From Azolla caroliniana (taxonomy: Eukaryota; Plantae; Polypodiophyta): a stretch of DNA of 64,000 nt. The notes under the pieces were generated by a model. It saw only the letters and a program-made list of their open reading frames with translations, was not told where the DNA came from and ran no database searches. Shown here one piece after another: positions 44,901 to 58,479 of the stretch (position 1 is the first letter of the stretch; every line of letters begins with the position of its first letter). Location of the stretch: assembly GCA_043228905.1 (NCBI GenBank), contig JBHGNT010000013.1:18972001-19036000 (forward strand), in the 5' to 3' direction. The position numbers were made by a program, and so were the translations under genes.

Positions 44901-47900
44901 TTCTCATCAACCTTGTCATCAAGAAATCAAGCGCCTTAACCAGTACCATAGGTTCTTTCCTCACTTCAGGGCCCTCTCCATCTTTAACCAGACAATGTTG
45001 GAGATCTTTCAAAAGCAGAAGTTTGAGGTCATCAAAGTTCACAACTACACTTTAATAAGCGAACATCTACATTTTTCTTTACAACATGGAATGTGTATGT
45101 GTATATCCCTTGTCAAACCTTGAGCAGAGATCTCAGGCAGTCTTACTAATGTATTCATATTTACATTTATCATGCTTTGTTGTTTCCCAAGATGAGAGAA
45201 TACTTTCAGATGTAATATTTTGTTCCGTCTCATAGGCTATTTTGGCCTCTTATGTGATGCTAAGATACCCTTTCTTTCTTTCTTTTGAAGGAATTTAAAA
45301 CATTCAAAGAGAACAAAAATGTTACGATCTTTCAAATAGATTCCATATGTATTAAGAAAGGATGTCAAACTGAAGACAAGCCACCTGCTATATTATTTAG
45401 CTCTGATGAATGATCCTCTTTCAATCTTAAAATCTGCAAGACGCAAGAATCATAATTCCAATGTCACGACTCCACTATCAGAACTCTAAAAACTGTTTAT
45501 GAATATACCTGCAAGGGTAATAATAATTCTTGAACTTACCTCATCTTGGAGTGCTTTACATTGAGACATGGCAACTGCATTAATTTCTCTGGCCTCAATT
45601 AGAATATTCTGTCATTTAATGAAGATAAACAATTTCCATTAGAATATTCATTATTTGAATAAGGAATAATTCCAACCATCAAACATAAAAGCAATGGTTT
45701 GCCTTCCAAAATAAAGAGATCCTCACGTTCTGTACATGGCTTTCATTATAAAGTTTCTCCTCAAGGGCAACAATATCCTGCAAGTATTGATATGATGTTC
45801 AATTGTTTGAGCTAGTAACTTCATGAGCAGATGCTGAAAGTCCAAACCCAATAGGGAAAGGAAGGAAATTGCACTCCCGAAGAAAAAGAATTTTAATCTA
45901 CTCATAATGAAATAAACAGATACAAAAGGCCTACTTGTACACACTCCAACCTTATATACCTCAATTAGACTACAAAATGTTAAGCCTATTCATTCTGTGT
46001 GTATGCAAGGAGTGAGCAAATGGATATGAGTGCTGGAGGTTATACACGTAGAAATTGCATGTGTACTTAAAGATACCACAGAACATTTAAGACCATCTTA
46101 AATATTTGCTTAACGCTGCTATATCGCAATCTGACCAACCAAACTGCATTCACTATACTATTTTGCATTAATCAAAATGGATGTGACTTTTAAATGGTTA
46201 TAATCCATATTTCCATAATCCTAGTTCACTTCGTTTTGTTGAGAATAATGTATAGACTTTTTTTTTATCTATGTGTGTATGCATTATGCATAGACAGTTA
46301 TAGCTAGCAAGAACCTTAGAGATACAGCAGGCCATTATATGTTGGTTCCATAGAAAAAGAAACTGACCAAGTATAACATGGAATCCTTGCATATACTTGC
46401 AGGTGAAGTTTTAAGTTTCCGAGTCAATTTACACACAAAGATCTGTATTTTTCAGGTTTTACTGATTTTTGGTTTCCTTGCCTATTTTGAAAATAGTGGA
46501 AATACTTTGGCATGAGACTTTAATAGTTCTAACCTTCTAAAACACATCTTCTTAACTTGCTATTAAAAATAGGAATTAGAACAGCAAATACACTTGCAAA
46601 AGTGTCCACCCCAGATGACCTAAGACTCACATCGCGAACCCGCATTGGACACAAAAACATTGAACTCCATGAAATTCATAATGAATGGAGTATTCTTTGT
46701 GTAGAATTTCATTTCAAGATATATGCTTAACACATAGCTAACAGGCCTTGTAGATCCATTAGATGCTACATTAGCTTTTGGCATTCGGACATAGATTCAT
46801 CAAATGTAAGGGCTAGCATTTCATACTGATCCATTGGATGCTACTTGTTAACTCTAAACTTGGGTCTATTGGATGCGTCAAATGTACTGAAGTACTTATA
46901 TTATTTAAGCATAATAATTTCATATGGCAGAAGTAGCATAGAACGTTCCACTCAAGAATATCAAAGACTAACCAAGATCTAAATATCCTTAGAATGTTGC
47001 CAAAATGCTAAAATAATTCCTGAACTGTATTGGATGAAATATTCATGCATTCATCATATTATTTCACATTTAGAAATCTATGCATTAAAACATGCATACA
47101 TACCTCCCTTGCTTTTGTTGCTTGCTCTTTGAACTCTTGATTCTCTTGCTGTACGTACATTCTCAGACGGCTTTCTTCCTTTAGCTCATGTTTTACTGCC
47201 TTTTTTCCAAACAAAAGGGTCAAAACATAAGCTGAAGTCCAGCTTTTCAAAAATGCTACATAAATTTATAATTCCACATAAATTTCTCCATTGTTAATGG
47301 CTAATGATAATGTTTACATTTCATAACATAAAGGTTGTGCGTTCACGCCCCAATGTGCCTATATCATGGGAAGAAATACTGAGGTTGACACTCCATTACA
47401 TGCATCATAGGTTGAGACACTGACATTCACATCATGTGTTCATGTAGTGAAGGCCTTGGGCCACATAAACACCAAGGAAGCCCGGGGTTAGTGAGAGTAA
47501 GAGTGAACTTTCTATCAAGGTCCATAATACTTGGCACCTATCATCAATGCAGCCCCAACTCTTTCTCTGCTACCATGAAAAATGTTTTACCTGTTCAAGG
47601 TGATCAAGCAGATGAGTTATATTAAAACAGAAGAAAGAAATTTATTACCTCTAAATGGGAATTGGTTGACTCCTGTTGTAGCTGAAGACTTTTGCATTCT
47701 TCTTTTAGTGACTCCTGTACTAATATAAGTTTTTCTCAGTCACCATCAATTTTCAAATATTTTAAAGAAGAAAGGGCTTGTTCAAGATTATGCAAGCTCA
47801 TGATTAATCTGCAAAATTGAATTCATTTGACACCAGCTAGCCCTCACATGCAAGATAGAACAAAGGGAAATACCAGATTATTTCTGAGTTTGGATAGATC

Positions 47901-49486
47901 ATCTTGCACGTGTGCACGGTGTCCGCCTTGATATTTATCATCCCCTGGCATGCTGCTGCTACAGGCATCAGATAGCTGCATCATACAATGGCAGTAAAAT
48001 CACATAAAGCTGAGTTCTTTATAACATTCTAAATCAAATTGAAAAGTGGACATGTTAGGTTTACTCACTCTACAATTTAAGAATGCACCTGAAAAGCCTT
48101 TATCCACCATTGCTTCAACCCTATTTCTTTCTAACAGTCTATCTGTTTGCGAAATGCTCCAAATAAAAAAACGACTTTCAATATCACTATAATTAATTAT
48201 CCCTTGAGACGACTATTTCTTCACACATACTTTAAAAAGGATGAAGAAATCCAGAAAACCAACCAATTTCTGACTGCAAACTTGATGGAATGTTATTTCC
48301 AGACAGTTGAAGATCTTTAAGTATTTTGTTCTTCTTAAGCATGCCAATCAATGCAGTAGCCCCAGAAGGTCCAATTTCATTCCACCTGAGATCTGCAATG
48401 AAACCAAGCATCGGGAAAAACTGAAATGAATGCTCTATGTAAGAGTTGTGGTACATTGTTCTTACTACTCATTTGTGAAAAACTAAGATGATTGAAATCT
48501 TAGGGATAATTGAGTGGTAACATCCCAGCAAAAAGCTCAAAAGGGGAAAACTCTGGAACCTTAAGTACCGAGGGATGTCAAAGAGCAGCTATTTCGAAGA
48601 GCATGTGCCAGTGCTGCAGCTGTTGGTGGGCCAATCCTATTGCTTCGGAGGTCCACCTTATCAAATCCAAAAACAAAGTTTTTTATCACTCTGTTCAAGA
48701 TGTAGTACTCTTACAGATCATCATCACAACTACAGGCAATCGATGTCCATATATTGAGAGAGAGAGAGAGAGAGAGAGAAACCTCTTTAAGTGTCCTGCA
48801 GGATCCAATTGCAGAACAAAGCGCTGCAATGCCAGTTTTTGCCAGACCTAAATTATTCCATTCTAATATTAACCTGAGCAGATGTAGATAGTTAGAAAGC
48901 CACTATACAGTATTTATGCAAACGAAAGTAAGGGCATGGGTTACTACCTCCGCAATTTTGGAGCACACAGGATCACCTCTGCGAGCTCATCCCCCTTGCT
49001 AATGCTGCAGCCTACAAGTTACTGACACTGTGATGAGCACAAAAAACAATTTACGTTTATAACAACGTGATCCTTATGAGTAAGTTTATACCTGTTAAAT
49101 CAAGCTCCGCAAATTGTGTATTTTCTCTAGCTAACTGCAATAGGGATGAAGTTCCTGTTCCACAGCAAATGAAAGGGGAGTTAGCTTTGTGCAACTTATC
49201 AATGTATATGTATCTACCACACTTGGTGATGTGAACCATGCTTCTTACACAGAAATACATTGAGCATCTGAAGACCCAAATTTGCAATGGTTTGGTTACC
49301 TGCTACACTGCCACTGGAGAGATCGGAAATTCTGAGGACCCCATTTATGATTGATGTCGTTGGTCTGTGGGGAGAGTTGGAGCCTAATTCAGTGTCTGAT
49401 TGAAAGCGGGGTGATGGATTCATGGGCTCCATAAGCCTAGTAGTATTCACAGGCGTAGAAATCGGCTCTTCTACCACATCCATCAT
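38916..49486 (-). CDS. LRRC45-like leucine-rich-repeat plus long coiled-coil protein, roughly 20 exons. First six: 49486-49300, 49154-49092, 49011-48948, 48873-48783, 48656-48569, 48392-48264. Last two: 39242-39166, 39068-38916
   Basis: Spliced N-terminus has RI-type LRRs RLILEWNNLG, VDLRSNRIG, LDLRWNEIG and LQLSGNNIP, followed by many short E/K/Q-rich coiled-coil exons (e.g. AVKHELKEESRLRMYVQQENQEFKEQATKARE, LEDKEKLLEKKLELERIQHSEALQKELIK). Motif order recalls animal LRRC45 (LEWNSLG, LDLRNNQI, LDLRWNN, LAGNNIP). Middle exons were not all phase-checked. Confidence 0.75.
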
Positions 49487-50259
49487 TACAAAGTCCTCAA
49501 GGAAATTGTTGGTTGCATCTCATGCAGAAAGTCTCTCATCTCAAATGCCTCCATACAAACAAACACACGCGCACACCATATATGTATGTATATGTCTGTG
49601 TCCATGCGCGCGCAGAGATTATGGGGCAGAGATTCTCCCCATCATCACCATGATCAAAATGCATGCATATATAATTATGTGTGTATATGATCACTCCCAG
49701 CCCTGCTCTCAACGGTTTAAACTGTCTGGCCTGTGTCTGCGTGTCTCTCATTTGGGGGGGGGGTTTGCGGGATTCGAACCCGAGACGTTAGAATGAAACG
49801 TCTTAGCTTTTTTAAAGCAATTAGTTGGCTTAACTGCATAATGAACTGTACATACATAAGAAAGAGCAGCATCCTCCCCTTCATCTGTCGCAATGGGAGG
49901 CAAACAAACATGCGAGTGAGTGTTCTATCCATCGCTTTTAGCTTCTTTACAAGCAAAACCCACCTTTTTCACTACCATATGTGTATAAATTACCAACTCA
50001 GATCTATGGCTGGCCAAATTAATAAAAAAAGTGGACGAGACGGTCAAGATAACTAATAATAACGATCAGAACCCTAAGAGCAAATGAAGATTCATAAAAT
50101 AAATGTGTCTCTAACTTTCATAACAACAATTATATACTTCGTTAACAATTCTGTAATTTACGATAATTATCATTTGTGACTACATGTAATTCTTTAAACA
50201 CTTTAATGCCGATTAAGGCCAAGTGTACTTACCGCAACGATTGATTATGTGTCGTAGAT

Positions 50260-52207
50260 GAGAGAGAGAGAGAGAAAGATATATTAACGTCTTCTAAGGC
50301 CAAATTTGGCCCATGAGACAATTGGTTTACAACAAAAATGAGTGTTTATCCAATCATTAAAACTAAAATAAAAGAAAATAACTTAAGCTAAGAAAGTTCT
50401 AGTAGTGTACAAAACTTTGCACTAAGCCTAATCTCATTTCCACCCAAGTCTCTCAAAAAGAAGTGGGAGGTCAAAAGTTTTTGGTGTGGGTGTGACCCAT
50501 GGTCCCGATGCATAGAGTGCCCTAGCCATGGCTTCTAGGCGGTGTAGTTCACGTTCCCTTATTTTCTTTATTGCTTCTACATCTTGTCGAGTTGCTTTGA
50601 AACCTGACATCCAAGGGCGTTTAGTTCTTCTTTGATTTTCTACTTCATCAAGGAAAAGCCCGAGTGGTGCAGGTGTGTCGACATTCATTGTCTCCTCCTG
50701 TTCCTGGAAAACTTCATTTGTTACATGTTGGTAAACATTAGCAACATTATTATCAACGTTTTGTAACTTATTCTCTCTGTGTTGTTTCAATTCTAAGATG
50801 TATCTACCTAATTTCTTTATATCTACTGTATCTAATAGTTTAGGGAGGGTGGGAGAGGAACCAAGTATGTCTTGGTATTTTTCCCTTATCTCGGCATAGG
50901 TGGGGCATTTGCATGTAAAATGGCACTCATCCTCTATCTCTATGTGGCATAACCTACATATCCTTTCCTCCCTAGGGACTCCATTAGTACGTCAATTCTC
51001 AATCTCAAGTTGGTGAGATGATATTCTAAGTTGACCAATGGCAACCCTTAGTGCATGTGGTAAGAATACATCTAGATATCTTGGTCGCGTGATAAAACCT
51101 AACTTAGAGAAGTGCATAAAGTGTTCCTTATAGTACGACATTTTAGATGGGAGTGGCTCTAGTGGGGTGATCCATTTATGTTGAGTATAAATTTGCCATA
51201 TTTCTTGGCATATTACTTTATTACGGTCCTCATGAGAGATTAAAGTATTATCAGTCGTGTGGTCGTACTTAAGGGGGGGGAGGTTATTAATGTCTAGAAC
51301 GTTGGCAAGAAGCCAACTCACCATCATGCCATACCATGAGCTAGTATAGCCGAACTCATACAGTGCTCGAGAAGCCTTAAAGGCTTGATGGGATATTCTA
51401 TCAAGTGGTTGGTTATGTATCCTGTGGATAGAGACTACAAGTTGAAAAAGTGCTTCTACTAACATAGCGGGTAGAGTGAACTCAACCCTAATAATGTCAT
51501 GTGGGATTGGCGATTTGCTTCGGAGTTGGCGTGATAACATCATCACCAATGGTCTCTCTAATTGTGTCCACATGAAAGATGGTAGTCCTAGAGCCCAAAC
51601 CATTGATGCATACATGAGAGAGGGAGTCACTAATGAGTCAAAGAGCCACCCTTTAGTTCGTGGCTCTTGGAAGTATGCTTGGTGGCATTGTCTCTCGAGG
51701 AGTGAGAGGGATGCATGTCCTCTTGTAAGTCTATCCTTCGCTGCTTGTGTCATCGAAAATTTACTTGAGCGGGCACTGAAAGTGACTCCGAGATAGACAT
51801 ATGATCCAACCACCTCAACTGGGCTATGGGAGATAGTTAGGTGACACTTAGCTCTAACTTGGGCCGACGTGTGGAAGATAAGGACTTTAGTTTTCCCTAG
51901 ATTCACTAGCAATCCTCGTTGTGTGCAAAAGTCATCTAAGGCATTAAGGTGACTTTGTAGGTCGTGTTCGGATTCAGAGAGCAAAACTATGTCGTCTGCA
52001 TAGAGCAGGATACGCACCTACGTATCCCCAAGGACTACTCCATTGCCTCCCTTATGAGCAATAAAATCTGTGATCTCATCAATGTAGATCCCAAAAAGAG
52101 TCGGAGATAAGGGGCAACCTTGTTTTACTCCAATAGTGCTAGTGAAACTATCGGATATGTATGCCACATGGGCATTGAACACACCCGGACACTTGTTCAT
52201 ATAGTGT

Positions 52208-52208
<1 letters not shown>
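50260..52208 (-). mobile_element. 5'-truncated non-LTR retrotransposon (RTEX/L2-group-like RT and C-terminal Cys motif) with premature stops
   Basis: GVKQGCPLSPTLFGIYID, LLYADDIVL, VNLGKTKV, YVYLGV, then LRISSHQLEIEN*R...REERICRLC...EDECHFTCKCPTYAEIR continuing into ORF 50434-50790. In-frame stops at 52018 and 50992. (AG)n tracts lie at both ends. Confidence 0.85.
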
Positions 52209-52253
<45 letters not shown>

Positions 52254-55200
52254 CGGGGGGGGTTAAAATACAAATTTATAACACATAACTTTGGAAGCAG
52301 ATTTTTATAGATGACTTCTAGCAAAGAAGTGATGATACTTAACCATCACCTACAAGCGTTTGATTAAGATAAGGGTCATAGCATATGTTGCTTTAAATGC
52401 TACTTTGCCAGCACTTAAACATCGTGGCACATTGTCACATGATAATATGTATCACACATGCACAACGGCACATGCAAGATGATTCGGCATCAATTAGACC
52501 ATACATGTGTAGTAGTGGAAAATGGTTTTGAAGGAGTCATACCAAAAGCAAAATTGGTGATAAACGAATCTCATGGTGTTAGATCTAAGCAAGGGAGAAT
52601 GAGAGTATAACGAACAATTGATGGATTGCAAGTCATCATACATATGTTTTCTAAAAGGATCCCATACCAAGACAAGTGAGCTTGCATGAGGAAATCACCC
52701 TTATAAGGTTGTGTATAGGGAGTGTACGGAGATTCTTTGGAACCAAAAGTAGTAATCTTGTGTTGTTGAATTATACTTAGAGTTCCATACCAACTTAGTT
52801 GATGCATTTGTGTTTGGAAAGAGCCCCACACCATGAGCATCATGTAGACATTCTAGTAATGATGTGTAATGAATGTATGTGATTTCCCAAAGGCATAAAT
52901 AATGATCATCCGTTACTTGATGCCACATAGAACCAAGTTTGGGTGAACTTATTCGAAGAAGGTGGCATCCAATAGAAATATTCCTAATGTTGTGTGATGC
53001 TCATGACACACAATGCCCCAAACCATATTGGAAATGTTCCTAATGTTGTCTGATGCTTACAACACTAAGGGCCCAAGCCAAGTTAGGTGAACCTACTTGA
53101 AGATGTTGACCCCGAGTAGAATTTTGGTAAGGTTATTTGATGTATGTACGTAATCAAAGGAGTTGAGAGTTATGTATGTACATTGTTGTAAAGAATATAA
53201 AGTAAATTCAAGAATTTTGTACTAGAATGGCTTGCAACAAAATACAAATAAAGAGGGCACAAGAACTCTTGGTCATATGGGAAAATAAAAGGGAAGATAG
53301 AAGCTCCCAATAATGAACATTTCCAAAGCGAACTAGGACACCTTGACCTTAGTATGGACATTATATAATGCCTCCTATGACGTGTCTTAGTTACATAATA
53401 AAATTAACCTCATCCTCGCATGCAAGTCCAATTATTAGAAGGAAAGTAGCTATTTAGATTCAACACTTCTTTGAAGTAGAAGACTACTGGAAGTGTCATA
53501 TAATGATGGCTTGTTAATGCATGCCGATGGTTGAGTTCTCTTTATTAACCTACTCATGGCCCTAAATGATTTGTTCCAAATGCATGGTGGCATCAAAAGG
53601 TGACAAAGTTTGTACCCCTGTGGATGACGAAAGCTACTTGTAATTTCATCAATTATAAGATTGTAAAGAAGCTCCAATTGCCAAAAACACCAAAAACCCA
53701 TAATTTTCTCATTTCTATAATTCAAATAGGCAATGAGGACATATGGGATAAGAACATGGAGTTGTATGTTAAACACCATATTACACACCTAGACTTTCAC
53801 GTTACTTTTGTTAAATATGGATTTATTTTTTTTATAATAGACAAACACGATGTCTCATTGCTCCATTCTTTGTAATGTTCAATTATCTTCACGAAGGTTA
53901 AAGAAATAGATATAAGCTATTTCTTGTTCGAACATGTTCATGTGTTCATTGGACATAGTGAGGTTGATGTTACCACCACATATTGTTAGAGGTCAATGTC
54001 ATTATTGTTATTTTGAGGATTAATATTATACTCATAATAAGCAAAACTATTATGGGAAAAAAACTCATGAAATTGTTGGGGGAAAGAATACGCTTAATAT
54101 TTGATAACTTTTCTCTCTCATTAGTATAATAACTTAAATTTTAATTATCATTTTATAATTGGACAATTTGTATCTTGAGACTATCATAACCTTTTGGGTT
54201 GTGTGCTTACTTCTTATTGCTAGCAACAACAACTTCCTCAAATCAGTAGATTTAAATAAGAAGGCATGAAAAATATAAAACAATAAGATGGCATGAAATC
54301 TTGTGCATGACATAAGGGAATGGTTAAATGTTTGGCCTTTACTTGGCTCAAAACATAGGATGCTAGTTTTCATGATTGTTTCATTATTTGGGTGTGGTGG
54401 GATACCCAACTTTTGCTTTGAAGGAACATGATTTAAGGATTATGTTTCTTCAGCACAAAGATTCAGGTACAACAGTGTGAGGTAAATAAGCTCGTGGATG
54501 AGTGCGAGTTACACATGTTGTCGAAAGGTTAAGAGATGCGAATAATGATAAAAGTGCATATCTAGGGAGAGGGGAAAGTAGAAAAGCTTAATGTAAGACG
54601 CATCACATGAGGGAGAGTTGTGCGAGGTTGAAGTTCAGTTCACATGATTAGTTAACTTATAATGAATGACCAACAATAATATTACACCAAAGCTTTTTCT
54701 TACAAGGAGAAATAGAAGGATTGAGGAGGAGAGTTGTTTATCATGTACGGTATGAACATGCATGTAGTCCAACAATGAGTGGTTTTGCAATAAAAGATAT
54801 CGGATGTGAAGTATAAATTGGGAGCGCGTGAGTGAAATTGCACCTAGCTGATGAAAACAAGGGGTCGAAATCCGAACTCGGGGAAAGGTAAAGTCCAGAA
54901 TCTAGATAGACGGATGGACAAGACAACGTTTGTACCTAGTAAAAAAAAGAAAGAAAGGTGGGAATGGCTAAGGCCATAAAGAAAAGAAAAGAAAAGGGAA
55001 GAAAAGAGGAAGGCAAGAGGATAGCCGTTTGTGTACTACATATGTATAAGGTACTGGTAACTACGACTACTACTATACATAGTCTGCTACTAAGTTGTAA
55101 CTATGTACTTGGCTGATTGGACTGAGAGTGGATGTGGTGATTGGGGGGTAGAATAAAGAGGTGGAAGCAGGCAGCAGAATAAGTGTGTATGTATGTGTGT

Positions 55201-55549
55201 ATAGGTAGCCGTTCAAAACGGTAAAGAAAAGCACAAAACAGAAAGGACATGACGTGGAGCGGATGATTCTTTTTTTTGGGTGGGTATTTAAAGAGGTGGG
55301 GAGGGAGAAGACGTGAGATAATCCATTGCATTTGCATTTACCGTGGCGCACACTTCCGCACCCTCCTTTCCAAGGTTCCCCCCCCCCGAACACACAAAAG
55401 TTCCAACATTACCAACAATCAATCTCATCCTCTATATTTAGTCGGTCCAAGTCACTAAGGAGAAACAAAACAAAACAGCTCTCCTTTATTTAGCGGGCGT
55501 CCGGACAAAATCGACCTGTCGTTTGTTGTTGCTTCTTTCGCTGCTGTTA

Positions 55550-56347
55550 ATGGCGGCCGTCCACCAGCACCGCCGCCGTTCTTCTTCTTCTTCTTCCTCC
55601 TCCTCCTGTCGTTGTGTGCTTCTTCTTCTGCTTCTGCTCCTGCTCTCGGCGGCGTCGGTGGACGCCGCCGTCTACACCGTGGGCGGCCAGGCCGGCTGGA
55701 CCACCCCAGCCCGGGCCAACGTTAACTACACCCAGTGGGCCGCCTCCACGGACTTCAGAGTCGGCGACACCTTAGGTACGTACTACATACCTTTTAAAAA
55801 CTAAAACTCTTCTAAACGCAGTCAACTAACTAAACTTAAAACAGCCCTTTCTTTGTCTTATTTATTCATTTGTCCGCCTTGCATTTTTGGTCCTCCACCT
55901 ACAGAGTTCAATTACGCCCCAAGGGCCCACAGCGTGCTGGAGGTGACCCGCACCGACTTCCGCTACTGCAACACCTCCCAGCCTCTCGTCGCATTCCAGG
56001 ACCCTGCCGGCAAGACCCTCATCCGCCTCACCAAATCCGGCAACTACTACTTCATCGACGGCGTCGCCGATCACTGCGCTAATGCCTCCCAGAAGTTCCA
56101 GGCCACTGTCTCAGCCTCTTCTTCTTCTTCTTCCTCCTCCTTCTCCTCCTCCATAGCTAGCTCCCCTTCTTCCGGAGATTTCTTGGACCCTTCTTCTTCT
56201 TCTTCTTCTTCTTCTCCTGAGCCTTCCTCCAGCCCCGCCGCCACTCCTCCTCCTGCCGTTGCCTCCGCTCCTGCAACCACTGTTCCCTTCTTCTTCCTCC
56301 TTTCCTCCATCCTTCTCCCCTTGCTTCATCCTCCATTCCACTGCTGA
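55550..56347 (+). CDS. Early nodulin-like protein / phytocyanin with Ser/Pro/Ala-rich linker and probable GPI signal. Exons 55550-55775, 55905-56347
   Basis: Hydrophobic signal peptide, YTVGGQAGW...NYTQWAASTDFRVGDTLEFNY...HSVLEV...C...GNYYFIDGVADHC...QKF, conserved phase-1 intron, and a hydrophobic C-terminus. Confidence 0.9.
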
Positions 56348-56579
56348 TGATGCCCATGAGCTTCATGAGATCAATCAATACTCGACCTGCTTCGACATGC
56401 GTCTCTCTAGCGAGAGCTATATATATATACATATAACTATATTCCCTTCTTTCCCTTCTTTCTCTTCTTTCCCTCCTCTGCCTCCACATCCATTCAAAAT
56501 GCGACTCCATCGGACATCCATCCTCCATACATACATACATACATACATACATACATACATACATACATACATAAGACAT

Positions 56580-57122
56580 CATTGTATTTTTTGCTGAATC
56601 TGTTGCACTCTTCCAATTTGTTGATTCTTTTAATTAATACTAGTTAGTAGTAGTAGCTTCTTCCTGATTTGTTTTGCTTTCTCTTCAAAGTATCTTTGCA
56701 AAGATCACAGAATGAATCATGGTTGTGATGTATCATTGTTGGAAACCTAATACATACGTACAGAAGACAGCATTGTATTTTTGCTGAATCTGTTGCACTC
56801 TTCCAATTTGTTGATTCTTTTAATTAATAGTAGTTAGTAGTAGGTTCTTGCTGTTTTGTTGCTTTCTCTTCAAAGTATCTTTGCAAAGATCACAGAATGA
56901 ATCATGGTTGTGATGTATCATTGTTGGAAACCTAATACATACGTACAGAAGACAGCATTGTATTTTTGCTGAATCTGTTGCACTCTTCCAATTTGTTGAT
57001 TCTTTTAATTAATAGTAGTTAGTAGTAGGTTCTTGCTGTTTTGTTGCTTTCTCTTCAAAGTATCTTTGCAAAGATCACAGAATGAATCATGGTTGTGATG
57101 TATCATTGTTGGAAACCTAATA
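56580..57122. repeat. Tandem repeat, three ~185-bp units, downstream of the ENODL stop
   Basis: cattgtattttt(t)gctgaatctgttgcactc...ggaaacctaata at 56580, 56771 and 56956, preceded by (CATA)n at ~56526-56572. Confidence 0.92.
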
Positions 57123-58479
57123 TTAAAGAAAAGTATGCGTATATATATGCATACGTACAAGTTCATGGCAGCTAATGGTACTGGTGAATCAGTACAGCTA
57201 CATAGTTGTTAGTCCCTACCTATTTCTGGCATGCCTTCCAGCTGACTAGTATTACTGCTCAGGCAAGTGTCAAACTCTATCTATCTTGCAATCTAGAAGG
57301 ACCCACCAATTTAAGGTTGATTACTTCATTCATTGGTGGGATGGATGGGACCGCCATTAGCAGTAGAAAGTTAGTGACGCGCTATTTTGTGATGCCCTGT
57401 TTTACGCAATGCACATACATATACTGATATATGTATTCACATTAAACACAGTAGCATTAATAACTACCTGTGAGGCATTATGCACAGAGAAGCCATGGAT
57501 CACATACATACTTCATGTGTGACGTTATGGGGCTGGGCGTGTCATGGTTTAGGAGGTGTGGATAGTTCAAAGATTCTTTATGTGTTCCATAAGCAATATA
57601 GTAAGCTTTGTCCATTTAGTAGTGGGATGGAAAAAATACCTAAGCAGCATGACAATATTGAATGTACCATGGACACAACTAAATCAAGGAAATGTTCCTT
57701 AAATTTGGTTAGGAGAGCATGACAATAATCAATGTACGTACCATGGACACAACTAAATCAAGAAAATGTTCCTTAAATTTGGTTCGGAAAGTATGACAAC
57801 AATGAAGGTACCATGGAATGGACACACCTTGATGATTCAGCCCAACTGAATGACCAGACGAATAACACTTAATTAAACCTTTCGTCAACAATGTGCGTTC
57901 GATAACTTGTCCACAATTCAAAGCAAAGTAAGACCCTTCCTCTCTTCAAACGAATAATGTCAAACACAATAAGACCCTTGCTTCTAACCTCCTCTTACTT
58001 AATATGGTTTTCGTGCACCTCGATTTTTATCGGATGGAATGAAAACGTTCACTTTTGTTGTCTTTTTTCTAGTGCAACCAATAACTTTTTCCTTCGGTAT
58101 ATTTTTTGGGAACTAGGGTGATGGATTGACACAATGCTTTAACTTTATGAAAGAGATTCCTCAGAATTTTGGAATCGTTAATGTGCTCTAAAAATGTGGA
58201 ATAGCACGAAAACAAATATATCGGCATTTACAAACAAACATCTACTTTGCTAATTAACCATGGCAATATGCCCCTTAGGCCTCCTCAACCCTAGAAGAGC
58301 CTCCATTATGTGCTAGAATAGGCGAGGGTGCATACAATCTATGAAGAAGGTGACCGACCACTCATGAAGGCAATATCTCTAGACAACCTCTAAAACACAA
58401 TTAGGTAGACGAACACCATGTTATATGTCTTATTTAGCCTTTTTTAAAGCTTAAGATTGTAATACATCATCTCTGGAAA

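Noticed and set aside
49755-49840. Perfect B-box GGTTCGAATCCC on the minus strand, suggesting a tRNA gene
   Set aside because: No cloverleaf or acceptor stem can be formed; at most a SINE or tRNA relic.
52560-54420. Short ORFs with weak internal repeats (HQLSWYGTL / HLSWYGIL) and possible TE-like peptides
   Set aside because: Too degenerate to assign; no diagnostic motif could be confirmed by eye.
56071-56597. Glu-, Arg- or Lys-rich ORFs antisense to or overlapping ENODL
   Set aside because: They are translations of (TCT)n and (CATA)n microsatellites in other frames.
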